DNA from: Arenicellales bacterium
Lineage (GTDB): Bacteria; Pseudomonadota; Gammaproteobacteria; Arenicellales; UBA868
Length of the DNA stretch: 38,706 nt
Assembly (NCBI GenBank): GCA_050302555.1
Contig: JBMUHF010000035.1
Location: 1 to 38,706, forward strand
Direction: 5' to 3'
Below the pieces are notes generated by a model that was given only the letters and a program-made list of their open reading frames with translations, did not search any database and was not told where the DNA came from. Each line of letters opens with the position of its first letter. The stretch's first letter is position 1. The position numbers were made by a program, and so were the translations under genes. Shown in pieces: positions 27,880-37,367 of the stretch.

Positions 27880-28911
27880 ATGAAGACTATATTCAACTCA
27901 ATCCTCTCGAGCCTCGTGCTGGCCGTCAGCGGTGCAGCAATGGCGGCGGGGGAATTGAATCTCTACAACTGGGGCAACTACACAAACCCAGAACTCATCG
28001 AGAAATTTGAAAAAGAAACTGGTATCAAAGTCACCATTACAGACTATGACTCCAATGAAACAGCGCTCGCTAAGGTGCGCGCTGGGGGTCATGGATTTGA
28101 CCTTGCCGTTCCTTCCCACAGTCATCTGCCTATCTGGGTCTCCGAAGGATTAATCGCAAACCCGCGAGTGGACCAGATGCCAAACTTTAAGAACGTGGCA
28201 GAAGAATGGCGCAATCCTGACTGGGACCCGGGTCGCCAGTACAGTGCACCTTGGCAGTGGGGAAGCGTCGGCGTTATGGTAGATACTTCGGTTTATGACG
28301 GCGACATCAACACTTTCGGAATCATTCTGGATCCGCCCGAAGAGTTGATTGGAAAAATCAATGTTGCACCTGAAATGAACGACGTCATTAGTTCAGTCCT
28401 TCTCTATCTTGGAGGAGAGGCCTGCTCAGGAGATAAAGAGCTACTGAAAAAAGCTCGTGACAAACTGGTCGAAGCCAAACCCAAGTGGAAATCAATGGAC
28501 TATGGCGTCATTGAAAAGTTCGCAGGACGTGATCTCGCGGCGTCGCTCTATTGGAACGGCGCTGCCTTCCGCGCGCGGCTTAAAAATCCTGATGTCCGGT
28601 ACGGATACCCGAAGGAAGGTTACTCACTTTGGGCCGATGCGGTCGTGCTTTTGAAAGACGCCAAGAACGTGGAAGAAGCCAAGACCTTCATGAACTTCAT
28701 CATGGCGCCAGAGAATGCAGGACTGATGTCTGCGTTCGCCCGATATGCCAACAGTATTGTCGGATCAGAGAAGTACATGCCTGAAGATATGGCAACGGCC
28801 CCTGAGGTTGTTGTTCCGGCAGAGTTTATCGGAGCTGGCAAGTTCTATCCTACTTGCTCACCAGAAGTCCAAAAGATTTATACAGCAATCTGGACCGAAC
28901 TCCAGAAGTAA
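27880..28911 (+). CDS. potD: Polyamine-type ABC substrate-binding protein (PotD/PotF-like)
   Basis: Signal peptide, LYNWGNY, FEKETGIKV, YDSNE, PWQWG, WNG, PKEG..LWAD. AGGAGG RBS. Confidence 0.9.
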   Translation: MKTIFNSILSSLVLAVSGAAMAAGELNLYNWGNYTNPELIEKFEKETGIKVTITDYDSNETALAKVRAGGHGFDLAVPSHSHLPIWVSEGLIANPRVDQMPNFKNVAEEWRNPDWDPGRQYSAPWQWGSVGVMVDTSVYDGDINTFGIILDPPEELIGKINVAPEMNDVISSVLLYLGGEACSGDKELLKKARDKLVEAKPKWKSMDYGVIEKFAGRDLAASLYWNGAAFRARLKNPDVRYGYPKEGYSLWADAVVLLKDAKNVEEAKTFMNFIMAPENAGLMSAFARYANSIVGSEKYMPEDMATAPEVVVPAEFIGAGKFYPTCSPEVQKIYTAIWTELQK

Positions 28912-28918
28912 CCCACCA

Positions 28919-28947
28919 CACCCAGGCCGACCAAGTCGGCCTGGGTG
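28919..28947 (+). terminator. 13-bp intercistronic stem-loop after the binding-protein gene
   Basis: CACCCAGGCCGAC-caa-GTCGGCCTGGGTG followed by ATTCTTT. Partial terminator or mRNA-stabilising hairpin. Confidence 0.7.
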
Positions 28948-28963
28948 ATTCTTTGTCTTAATC

Positions 28964-30151
28964 ATGACCGCTATGAAAGGGTTTCCCATTGCCCCCGACA
29001 AACGGGTACCACGTGACGAATGGGATCGCGCACCCTGGAATCGCTGGTCGTTCCAGCACATACGTGAAATTCTGCCGACGACGGAAGTCTGGCGTGGCAA
29101 CGGTCCGATCTGGGAGTTTCAGGAAAAACATGTTGATCTCGACCCTGTGGCCTTTACCAGTCAGTCAGGACAACCCACCACGGTAATCGACTGGCTGTCG
29201 CAGAACTATGCCGACGGCATTGTAGTGCTGCATGGAGGCGAGATCCGCTACGAGCGCTACTTCAACCAGATGACCGAGCGCACGCTGCATCTGTCCCAGT
29301 CGATGGCGAAATCGATAACCTCGGCAGTCGCAGGTATTTTGGTCTCACGCGGTTTGTTGGATCCTGAAGAGTGCATTAGCACTTACCTTCCAGAGCTGAA
29401 AGCAACCGGATGGAAAGGTGCCAAACTGCGTCATGCACTCGACATGACTTCCGGCGTGCGTTATGTCGAAGATTACGAGGCACTGGACTCGGACATCGCA
29501 GCAACCGATGTCGCCTCGGGCTGGCGCCCAGCACAGCCCAATGTCCCGTACTTCCAGTGTATGTGGGACCAGATTCTGAGCCTCAAGGACACCGTCCGTG
29601 AACACGGTGCGCTTTTTGAGTACCGCTCGATTGAAACCGATGTGCTGGCGCACTGCATGGAACGGGTGACACAGACCCGCCTTGCGGAACTCATCAGCCG
29701 AGAGCTCTGGCAACCGCTTGGTGCGCAAGAGAGCGCCTGCTTCACGGTCGATGGCGCAGGCTACCCTCTGGCTGATGGTGGTTTCAATGCCGCGCTGCGC
29801 GACTATGCCCGGTTTGGTCAGATGCTATGCAACGGCGGTGTCGGAAACGGCCAACAGATCATACCGCGGGAATGGCTGCTGGATAGCTTCGACACGAATC
29901 CTTCGCTCTTCAGTGACGACAACAATATGGATCTCGATAACGGGGCTTATCGAAACCAGTTCTGGATCAGGGACATCGAGCGGCGGATCCTGATGGCACG
30001 AGGCGTGTTCGGGCAGATCATCTACGCCGACATGGACAACAGCCTGACCATTGCCCGCTTAGCAAGTTGGCCTGAATTTGTCTCCAGCGAACGAAAAACC
30101 GATGATCTGCGGGCATTCGATGCCATTACCCATTTCCTCACGGATCAATAA
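28964..30151 (+). CDS. Serine hydrolase, beta-lactamase fold, 6-aminohexanoate-dimer hydrolase (NylB)-like, copy 1
   Basis: WDRAPWNRWSF, SxxK (SMAK), LDMTSG..YVEDY, FEYRSIETDVL, LWQPLG, YRNQFW, ARGVFGQ. No signal peptide. Confidence 0.88.
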   Translation: MTAMKGFPIAPDKRVPRDEWDRAPWNRWSFQHIREILPTTEVWRGNGPIWEFQEKHVDLDPVAFTSQSGQPTTVIDWLSQNYADGIVVLHGGEIRYERYFNQMTERTLHLSQSMAKSITSAVAGILVSRGLLDPEECISTYLPELKATGWKGAKLRHALDMTSGVRYVEDYEALDSDIAATDVASGWRPAQPNVPYFQCMWDQILSLKDTVREHGALFEYRSIETDVLAHCMERVTQTRLAELISRELWQPLGAQESACFTVDGAGYPLADGGFNAALRDYARFGQMLCNGGVGNGQQIIPREWLLDSFDTNPSLFSDDNNMDLDNGAYRNQFWIRDIERRILMARGVFGQIIYADMDNSLTIARLASWPEFVSSERKTDDLRAFDAITHFLTDQ

Positions 30152-30152
30152 C

Positions 30153-31589
30153 ATGAGCGATCTTGAACTTTGTTACCTGCCGGCCACCGAAGCGATTGCC
30201 CGGTTCAAGGCTAAAACCCTATCCCCTGTTGAACTGCTGGAAGCACTAATCAAGCGGGCCGAAGAGGTGGAACCCGTCATCAACGCGTTCACCTATCGTC
30301 ACTTTGATGAAGCGATGGACAAGGCTAGAAAGGCAGAAGCGAAATACGCCTCCGGCGAGCGCACCAGAGCCCTTGAGGGACTGCCCATCGGCATCAAGGA
30401 TGAAAGCTTCATTAAAGGTAAGCCGACATCGAGCGGCTCTCTTATTATGAAAGACTTTGTGGCAGACAAAACCTCGGTTGGCAACGAGCGGATAATGAGG
30501 GCCGGCGGGATCGTGCATGCTCGGACTGCAACCCCAGAGTTTTCCGCCGCCTTCTGTACTCAGTCCCGACTGTGGGGAGCCACTCGGAATCCCTGGAACC
30601 CAGAGTTCACGCCGGGCGGCTCTTCCGGCGGCACCGCGGCCTCGCTTGCCGCCGGCACCAGCGCCATTGCTTCGGGCTCTGATATTGCTGGATCGATCAG
30701 AAATCCAGCCGGATGCTGTGGCTTAGTCGGTTACAAACCTCCATACGGCCGCAACTCCGACGACCCGCCGTTTAACCTGGATTTTTATTGCCACACAGGC
30801 CCTCTCGCACGAAATGTCAGCGATGCCATCGCGCTACAGAACGTCATGTGCGGACCGCACCCCAAGGATATGGCGAGCCTTCGGCCCAAACTGCGTCTGC
30901 CCGCGCAGTATCTGCCGATCAAAGACTGGAAGATTGCCTTTTCGATGGATCTCGGTTTCTTTGAAGTTGATCCTGACGTTCAACAAAACACACTGAATGC
31001 CCTGGATGTATTTCGAGACTTAGGCGCAACGGTCGAAGAAGTTGACATCGGCTGGGATCACCGGGTGCTTGACGCGGGCATGGCATACCTGAAACATATC
31101 TTTGGGGCTTACATGGCAACTTACCTTGAGGACCATGCTGACAAAATGACAAACTATGTGCGTCAATGGGCCGAGGAGGCACAGAAATCAACTGCAGTGG
31201 AATTTCTGCAAACCCTGGAAGTTGCTAACGAGATGTATGCGACCGTCGGACCCCTGCTGGAGAAATATCAGGTACTTGTCTGTCCGACCAACGCACTGCC
31301 GGCAGTACCCGCTGATTTTGACCACTCGCAGGATACGCTCATGATTAACGGCAAGAGCGTGAACCCAGTTTTGGGTTGGCCGATGACCACGCCCTTTAAC
31401 TCCTTAAGTCGTTGCCCGGTCCTGACGGTACCCACAGGACGTGCCAGTAACAGCGTTCCGACCAGTATTCAGATTGTCGGGCGCACCTATACTGATAAGG
31501 ATGTCTTTCAGGCCGGCATGGCATACGAATTCGCCGCACCCAAATGGTTCACAGCCGAAGGTCTCAGACCGGATATAGGCGATGCCTGA
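30153..31589 (+). CDS. Amidase (amidase signature family)
   Basis: GLPIGIKD (Lys), GGSSGG and GSDIAGSIRNPA, i.e. the Ser-cisSer-Lys triad. ATG 30153 immediately follows the previous stop. Confidence 0.92.
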   Translation: MSDLELCYLPATEAIARFKAKTLSPVELLEALIKRAEEVEPVINAFTYRHFDEAMDKARKAEAKYASGERTRALEGLPIGIKDESFIKGKPTSSGSLIMKDFVADKTSVGNERIMRAGGIVHARTATPEFSAAFCTQSRLWGATRNPWNPEFTPGGSSGGTAASLAAGTSAIASGSDIAGSIRNPAGCCGLVGYKPPYGRNSDDPPFNLDFYCHTGPLARNVSDAIALQNVMCGPHPKDMASLRPKLRLPAQYLPIKDWKIAFSMDLGFFEVDPDVQQNTLNALDVFRDLGATVEEVDIGWDHRVLDAGMAYLKHIFGAYMATYLEDHADKMTNYVRQWAEEAQKSTAVEFLQTLEVANEMYATVGPLLEKYQVLVCPTNALPAVPADFDHSQDTLMINGKSVNPVLGWPMTTPFNSLSRCPVLTVPTGRASNSVPTSIQIVGRTYTDKDVFQAGMAYEFAAPKWFTAEGLRPDIGDA

Positions 31590-32751
31590 AACCCGCTGTC
31601 TCCCCGGCCGGGAAACGATATCGCTCGCCAACTGGCGGCAGAGCCCGTACAACCGTTTCTCGTTTCATCATGTGCGTGAAGTCATTCCAACCGCTGAGGT
31701 GAAAGGGGCGCATCAGCCCTTGGCGTTCTCCCATAACCTCATTGATCCCGCGTGGCTTTCCCGCGAACTGAAAGAGCCTGATCTTTCGGCAACGCTTAAA
31801 GCCTCTAGCACCGATGCTTTCCTTGTCGTCAGGCAAAACGAAATTGTTTTCGAGTGGCATGCCGATCATTACCAGGATCAGCAACCACACATTCTTTTTT
31901 CAGTCAGTAAGTCAGTGACCGGACTTCTTGCCGGGATCCTGGAGTCTCAGGGGCTTATCGACCCGAAGGCACAAGTTGGCGATTACCTTCCTGAAGCCAA
32001 AGACAGCGGATATGGCACCTGCACGGTTCAGCATGTTCTTGATATGCAGGCCGAAATCGACTTTGTCGAGGATTACCTCGATCAGACTGGATCCTTCGCC
32101 CGCTACCGGGCGGCTACCGGATGGAATCCTCTATCGGTATCGACCGCCCAACCTGAAGGGCTTGCTGCATTCTTAATGTCACTAAAAGGGACGGGGAAAG
32201 CTCACGGACAGATCTTCCGCTACCTTTCTCCCAACTCGGATCTTCTTGGCCTGATCCTCGAACGTGCCGCCAACGCGGGTTACGCAGATCTCCTGTCGAA
32301 ATACCTGTGGCAACCGCTTGGGTGTGCGCACAGTGCGTATGTCACCGTCGATCACAAAGGAGCGGCCCGTTCGGCTGGGGGGCTGTGTGTGCATCCCTCG
32401 GATCTTGCACTGCTCGGCAGCGCTATCGCGAGGGCGGCCTCGGGTGAGGGTCATCCCGCGATCCCCCCCGAATGGATCAAAGATACCCTATCGGGCGGCG
32501 ATGTCGATGCCTGGCAGTCGGGGGAATTTGTGAACCTTCTACCCCAGGGGGTCTATCGTAATCAGTGGTATCTGAGCGATACTGCCTCACCCGCGATACT
32601 CGGCATTGGAATTCATGGCCAGTGGCTATATATCGACCCGAAGACGCAAATCGTCATCGTAAAATTTTCCTCAGAGGCGCAGCCGGTCGACGAGTCTCTC
32701 GACATCAAATTAATTGGCTTCTTCGGCGAAATCTGTCGCGCGTTGTCCTGA
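31582..32751 (+). CDS. Serine hydrolase, NylB-like, copy 2
   Basis: NWRQSPYNRFSF, TDAFLV, FSVSKS (SxxK), VLDMQ..FVEDY, FRYLSPNSDLL, YRNQWY, GIGIHGQ, VIVKFSS. Confidence 0.88.
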   Translation: MPETRCLPGRETISLANWRQSPYNRFSFHHVREVIPTAEVKGAHQPLAFSHNLIDPAWLSRELKEPDLSATLKASSTDAFLVVRQNEIVFEWHADHYQDQQPHILFSVSKSVTGLLAGILESQGLIDPKAQVGDYLPEAKDSGYGTCTVQHVLDMQAEIDFVEDYLDQTGSFARYRAATGWNPLSVSTAQPEGLAAFLMSLKGTGKAHGQIFRYLSPNSDLLGLILERAANAGYADLLSKYLWQPLGCAHSAYVTVDHKGAARSAGGLCVHPSDLALLGSAIARAASGEGHPAIPPEWIKDTLSGGDVDAWQSGEFVNLLPQGVYRNQWYLSDTASPAILGIGIHGQWLYIDPKTQIVIVKFSSEAQPVDESLDIKLIGFFGEICRALS

Positions 32752-32768
32752 GCTTGCCAGTCACGCCC

Positions 32769-32797
32769 GGAGCCAAACTGATGGGCTCCTTTATTTA
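32769..32797 (+). terminator. Putative intrinsic terminator GGAGCC-N9-GGCTCC-TTTATTT
   Basis: 6-bp stem with T-rich tail between convergent genes. Confidence 0.5.
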
Positions 32798-34155
32798 AGT
32801 GGAAGCACTCCCGGAACGGCATGCGCCTGCTGTAGATCAAAAGAACTGTCGTCAACGCGGATATAGGCAATGCGATCCTGAGGCAACACGGTGACATGAT
32901 CCACCCCGCGCAGTGCGCCCAACTGCAGCTCAAGGGACTTGAACTCCACCACCGCCTCACCATCGAGTCGCAAAGTCACACTATTTCGAAGTTCAGGGGT
33001 CGCGCCGGTAAACGCCAACACCAACCAGACGAGGGTTGCCAACGCGCAGAAGGCGAAGACACCCTCTCCTCCAAACATTCCGAGTACGATGCCGCCTAAG
33101 GCGCCGCCGAAAAATACCCCGGCAAATTCAAACGTGTTGTAGACCCCAATTGCGGTTCCCTTGGCATACCCCGGCGCCAACCGGGTCATTAATGACGGCA
33201 GCATCGCCTCTAGAAGATTGAAGCCGACAAAAAAGAATAAAAGACCCGTGAGCAGAAGTTTCGCCTGATCCATGCCGCTCAATAGCGCTAGTTGCCCAGC
33301 AAGCAGGATAGCGATCGCCAGACGGAAGACCCAAAACGTTCGCTGGCGGCGCATTCCCATAATCAGTAGAGGTGCCATCAGCAGAACAGAACCGATTAGC
33401 ACCGGGATATAAACCTGCCAATGGGCGTCTCGTTTGAGTTCAAGCGTATCCACCAGGGCAAACGGAACCACGACGAACACAGCGGTCAGCACCATATGCA
33501 GAATAAAGATACCAAGATCGAGTCGCAAAAGATGCGCGTTGGCAATGACCTCACGGAAATAGACGAGCGTCGCTCTTGAGCCCGGATCCCGGACCGCATG
33601 CTGAGGGGTGGGCACCCACCAGATGATGACCGCACCGCAGCCCAATGCCAGTACAGCGGTTAACCAGAAAATACCGCTGACGCCGATCCATCGGTCCAGC
33701 GCCGGTCCTGCCATAAGTGCGATCAGGAACGATGCCCCGATACTCATCCCAATCAACGCCATTGCCTTGGTACGCTGCTGTTCCCGAGTCAGATCTGCAA
33801 CCAGTGCCAGCACGACGGCCGCAATCGCACCACTACCCTGCAACGCCCGGCCGATGATGATGCCCGTCAGAGTGTCGGAAACGGCTGCCACGATACTGCC
33901 GAACGCGAATATCAAAAGCCCTAGAATAATCAGCGGCTTTCGTCCAAAGCGGTCTGACAAGGCACCAAAGGCGATCTGAAAAAGTGCCTGAGTCAACCCA
34001 TAGATACCAACCGTAAGCCCGATTAGGAACGGAGTTGCCCCGTCCAGTTGGGCGGTGTACAGCGCGATCACGGGCAACACCAGAAACAGTCCGAGCATGC
34101 GCAGGCTGAACACTCCTGCCAGGGCAGCTACCGACCGCCGCTCGGAGCGATTCAT
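32791..34155 (-). CDS. yajR: MFS transporter, YajR family (with C-terminal YAM-like domain)
   Basis: ERR....VFSLRMLGLFLVLPV, motif A GALSDRFGRKP, GRALQGSGAI, FNLLEAMLPS and a soluble C-terminal domain. Divergent from uvrA. Confidence 0.88.
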   Translation of the reverse strand: MNRSERRSVAALAGVFSLRMLGLFLVLPVIALYTAQLDGATPFLIGLTVGIYGLTQALFQIAFGALSDRFGRKPLIILGLLIFAFGSIVAAVSDTLTGIIIGRALQGSGAIAAVVLALVADLTREQQRTKAMALIGMSIGASFLIALMAGPALDRWIGVSGIFWLTAVLALGCGAVIIWWVPTPQHAVRDPGSRATLVYFREVIANAHLLRLDLGIFILHMVLTAVFVVVPFALVDTLELKRDAHWQVYIPVLIGSVLLMAPLLIMGMRRQRTFWVFRLAIAILLAGQLALLSGMDQAKLLLTGLLFFFVGFNLLEAMLPSLMTRLAPGYAKGTAIGVYNTFEFAGVFFGGALGGIVLGMFGGEGVFAFCALATLVWLVLAFTGATPELRNSVTLRLDGEAVVEFKSLELQLGALRGVDHVTVLPQDRIAYIRVDDSSFDLQQAHAVPGVLPLK

Positions 34156-34341
34156 TGGAAATTTCTCAGTGCGTAACGTCAACCGCGTCTATCCAGGATG
34201 GAGATCCAGTACCCCGGTCTGGCTGTGACGGTATTGCACGCGCCACAGCACAGGCCTCACCAGCAAAACATGAAAAGCCTTTGAACCCGGGGACACAAGG
34301 GACGTAATATTAACAGTTTGCCTTTTCGCAACCCAGCAACC

Positions 34342-37191
34342 ATGCGCAACATCAAAATCCGCGGGGCTCGAACCCACAATCTGCAGAGTGTCGACATCGA
34401 CCTGCCTCGCGACAAACTGATCGTGATTACGGGCTTGTCTGGATCGGGGAAATCCTCCCTGGCCTTTGACACTGTTTATGCCGAAGGCCAACGCCGCTAT
34501 GTAGAGTCGCTGTCGGCCTACGCGCGCCAATTCCTCTCGCTAATGGAAAAACCGGATGTCGATCTCATCGAAGGTCTGTCACCCGCAATCAGTATCGAGC
34601 AAAAAGCGGCATCTCATAATCCCCGATCTACGGTCGGCACCGTGACGGAAATATATGACTACCTTCGCCTTCTGTACGCCCGAGTCGGCGAACCCCGATG
34701 TCCAGATCACGGAGTCACCTTAGCCGCCAGCACGGTAAGTGAAATGGTAGACCGAGTCCTGGCGCTCGATGAGGGTACTCGGATCTTGCTCCTGGCGCCG
34801 GTCGTCCAGGACCGCAAAGGGGAATACCAGCAGCTGCTGAAGAGCCTGCTGGGTCAGGGCTTTATCCGTGCACGGATCGATGGTGTCGTATACGAACTCG
34901 ATACTCCGCCTGTGCTCGACCGCAAACGCAAACACAGCATCGATGTGGTTGTAGATCGCGTAGTAATCAAGTCCGACATTGCCCAGCGACTGGCTGAGTC
35001 ATTTGAGACCGCGCTTGCGGTTGCTGATAGCCTCGCGCTGGTACAGGTACTGCCCGCTGATGATGGGGACAAGGCCCAGGAGATGCTCTTCTCCGCTCGT
35101 TATTCCTGTCCACACTGCGGATACAACCTCACGGAACTCGAGCCCCGGCTCTTTTCTTTCAACAACCCAGCCGGGGCCTGTCCGGACTGTGATGGCCTCG
35201 GAGCCCGTCAGTTCTTTGACCCCGAACGGGTCATTCATGATGAAACCTTGAGCCTGGCAGCGGGGGCGATTTCAGGCTGGGACCGGCGTAACGCCTTTTA
35301 TTTTCAAATGCTGAACTGTCTCGCCGAACATTACGACTTCGATGTCGAGAAGCCCTTTCGCCGCCTGCCGAAGAAAGTCCGGGACATCATTCTTTATGGC
35401 AGCGGCAAGGAAAAAATCAGCTTCAGTTACCTACGCTCACACGGGAGGCGTTCGCGACGACGGACACACAGTTTCGAAGGGGTCATCCCCAATATGGACC
35501 GCCGCTACCGGGATTCTGAATCCAATACGATCCGCGAGGAACTCTCCCGCTATGTCAACACCCAACCCTGTGAAAGTTGCCAAGGCAGCCGTCTCAAAAC
35601 AGGTGCCCGTCATGTATTTGTAGGCAGTCAACCGGTCCATCAGGTGACCGCGATGCCGATTGAATCCTCACTTGAGTTTTTCGACACCCTTTCCCTGCCC
35701 GGGCACCAGGGTGAAATCGGCGAGCGTATCATCCGTGAGATCAGCGAGCGCCTGCGCTTTCTGGTGAACGTCGGTCTCGAATACCTGACGCTAGACCGTA
35801 CGGCGGAGACGCTGTCTGGCGGGGAGGCGCAGCGAATCCGCCTCGCCTCCCAGATCGGTTCCGGGCTGGTGGGAGTCATGTACATTCTTGATGAACCTTC
35901 CATCGGACTTCACCAACGAGACAACCAGCGACTGCTCGATACGCTGTTTCACCTGCGGGACCTGGGCAACACGGTGATGGTGGTCGAACACGACGAAGAG
36001 GCAATCCGCAGCGCCGATCATATTGTCGACCTCGGCCCGGGCGCCGGGATTCACGGAGGACGCGTGGTGGCCCAGGGCAGCGTACAGCAGGTCCTTCAAG
36101 CGCCCGAATCGGTTACTGGCCAGTATCTTGCCGGCACTCAGACCATCGATGTCCCCAGCCAGCGCACCAAGCCCGAGCCCGGCAGGGAACTCGTCATCCG
36201 CGGCGCGACCGGTAATAACCTTAACGGCCTTGATGTGTCACTCCCGGTAGGTCTCCTGACCTGTGTGACGGGAGTCTCGGGTTCGGGCAAGTCCACTCTC
36301 ATCAATAACACGCTCTACCCTGCCATGGCCCGGCATCTGCATTCGAGCCGGCAGCAACCGGCGCCACATGATGGGATTGAGGGCCTTGAGCAGTTCGACA
36401 AGGTCATTGATATTGACCAGAGCCCGATCGGACGCACTCCCCGATCCAACCCCGCCACCTACACCGGACTCTTTACCCCAATACGGGAACTCTTTGCAGG
36501 CGCGCCCGAATCGCGTGCTCGCGGGTACAAGGTCGGACGATTCTCCTTCAATGTGCGTGGCGGACGCTGTGAGACCTGCCAGGGTGACGGACTGATCAAG
36601 GTGGAAATGCACTTTCTGCCAGATATCTATGTGCCGTGTGACAGTTGCCAGGGCAAACGCTATAACCGCGAAACACTCGATATCCGGTACAAGGGTCGCA
36701 CCATCCATGAGGTGCTCGACATGACCGTTACCGAAGCAGGAGAATTTTTCGCCGCGATTCCTGTCATTAAACGCAAACTCGACACGCTGCTTGCGGTTGG
36801 ACTGGGTTACATCCGCCTCGGGCAAAGCGCAATCACACTCTCAGGTGGCGAAGCACAGCGTATCAAACTCTCAAGAGAACTCTCCAAACGTCCGACCGGG
36901 CGGACCCTGTACATTCTCGACGAACCTACTACCGGCCTTCACTTTCACGATATTCGCCAGCTTCTAGGCGTACTCCATCGTCTGCGTGACCAGGGCAATA
37001 CTGTGGTCGTGATCGAACACAACCTTGATGTCATCAAGACTGCTGACTGGGTCGTTGACCTTGGACCGGACGGCGGTCTGCGTGGAGGAAAACTCGTTGG
37101 CACGGGTACACCTGAAGACCTCGCGCAAGTTGCCAACTCCTACACAGGCCAGTTCCTCAAGGATCTTTTGGAACAGCGTATCGCCTCCTGA
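34342..37191 (+). CDS. uvrA: Excinuclease ABC subunit A
   Basis: [30 protein letters not shown], zinc-finger CxxC pairs, two LSGGEAQR signatures, second Walker [13 protein letters not shown] 34342 preferred. Confidence 0.98.
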   Translation: MRNIKIRGARTHNLQSVDIDLPRDKLIVITGLSGSGKSSLAFDTVYAEGQRRYVESLSAYARQFLSLMEKPDVDLIEGLSPAISIEQKAASHNPRSTVGTVTEIYDYLRLLYARVGEPRCPDHGVTLAASTVSEMVDRVLALDEGTRILLLAPVVQDRKGEYQQLLKSLLGQGFIRARIDGVVYELDTPPVLDRKRKHSIDVVVDRVVIKSDIAQRLAESFETALAVADSLALVQVLPADDGDKAQEMLFSARYSCPHCGYNLTELEPRLFSFNNPAGACPDCDGLGARQFFDPERVIHDETLSLAAGAISGWDRRNAFYFQMLNCLAEHYDFDVEKPFRRLPKKVRDIILYGSGKEKISFSYLRSHGRRSRRRTHSFEGVIPNMDRRYRDSESNTIREELSRYVNTQPCESCQGSRLKTGARHVFVGSQPVHQVTAMPIESSLEFFDTLSLPGHQGEIGERIIREISERLRFLVNVGLEYLTLDRTAETLSGGEAQRIRLASQIGSGLVGVMYILDEPSIGLHQRDNQRLLDTLFHLRDLGNTVMVVEHDEEAIRSADHIVDLGPGAGIHGGRVVAQGSVQQVLQAPESVTGQYLAGTQTIDVPSQRTKPEPGRELVIRGATGNNLNGLDVSLPVGLLTCVTGVSGSGKSTLINNTLYPAMARHLHSSRQQPAPHDGIEGLEQFDKVIDIDQSPIGRTPRSNPATYTGLFTPIRELFAGAPESRARGYKVGRFSFNVRGGRCETCQGDGLIKVEMHFLPDIYVPCDSCQGKRYNRETLDIRYKGRTIHEVLDMTVTEAGEFFAAIPVIKRKLDTLLAVGLGYIRLGQSAITLSGGEAQRIKLSRELSKRPTGRTLYILDEPTTGLHFHDIRQLLGVLHRLRDQGNTVVVIEHNLDVIKTADWVVDLGPDGGLRGGKLVGTGTPEDLAQVANSYTGQFLKDLLEQRIAS

Positions 37192-37239
37192 TCGAGGAGA
37201 GATCGGAAATTCGCACAAATCACCGGTACTCACTCTCAC

Positions 37240-37257
37240 GGTCAGACCACCTGACCA
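37240..37257. promoter_or_regulatory. Candidate GntR/FadR-subfamily (PdhR-like) operator GGTCAGACCACCTGACCA
   Basis: Contains the GGT-N3-ACC core and a GGTCAG/CTGACC inverted repeat, ~110 nt upstream of aceE. Confidence 0.45.
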
Positions 37258-37367
37258 AAGATTACAGGTTGGCAACCCCTCCTGTGGTACTGTGCTTTGC
37301 AAATTAAATCGGTAGTTGTTTCGCCCGGTGGAATAAGTTGTCAATGGGCTCTGCTGAGAAATGCGTA

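Noticed and set aside
28964-32751. Beta-lactamase resistance genes
   Set aside because: The SxxK fold is shared, but there are no signal peptides or KTG motif, and the motifs and context are NylB-like.
24788-32765. GCCAGTC(T)ACG near both ends of the Pot/hydrolase cassette as an att site or target duplication
   Set aside because: Only 7 contiguous identical bases plus an indel, compatible with chance; no integrase or transposase.
34156-34341. LexA box upstream of uvrA (also looked upstream of ssb)
   Set aside because: No CTGT-N8-ACAG found; the CTGT and ACAG half-sites present are wrongly spaced.
34189-34530. 113-aa minus-strand ORF at the start of uvrA
   Set aside because: Antisense to the conserved uvrA N-terminus.
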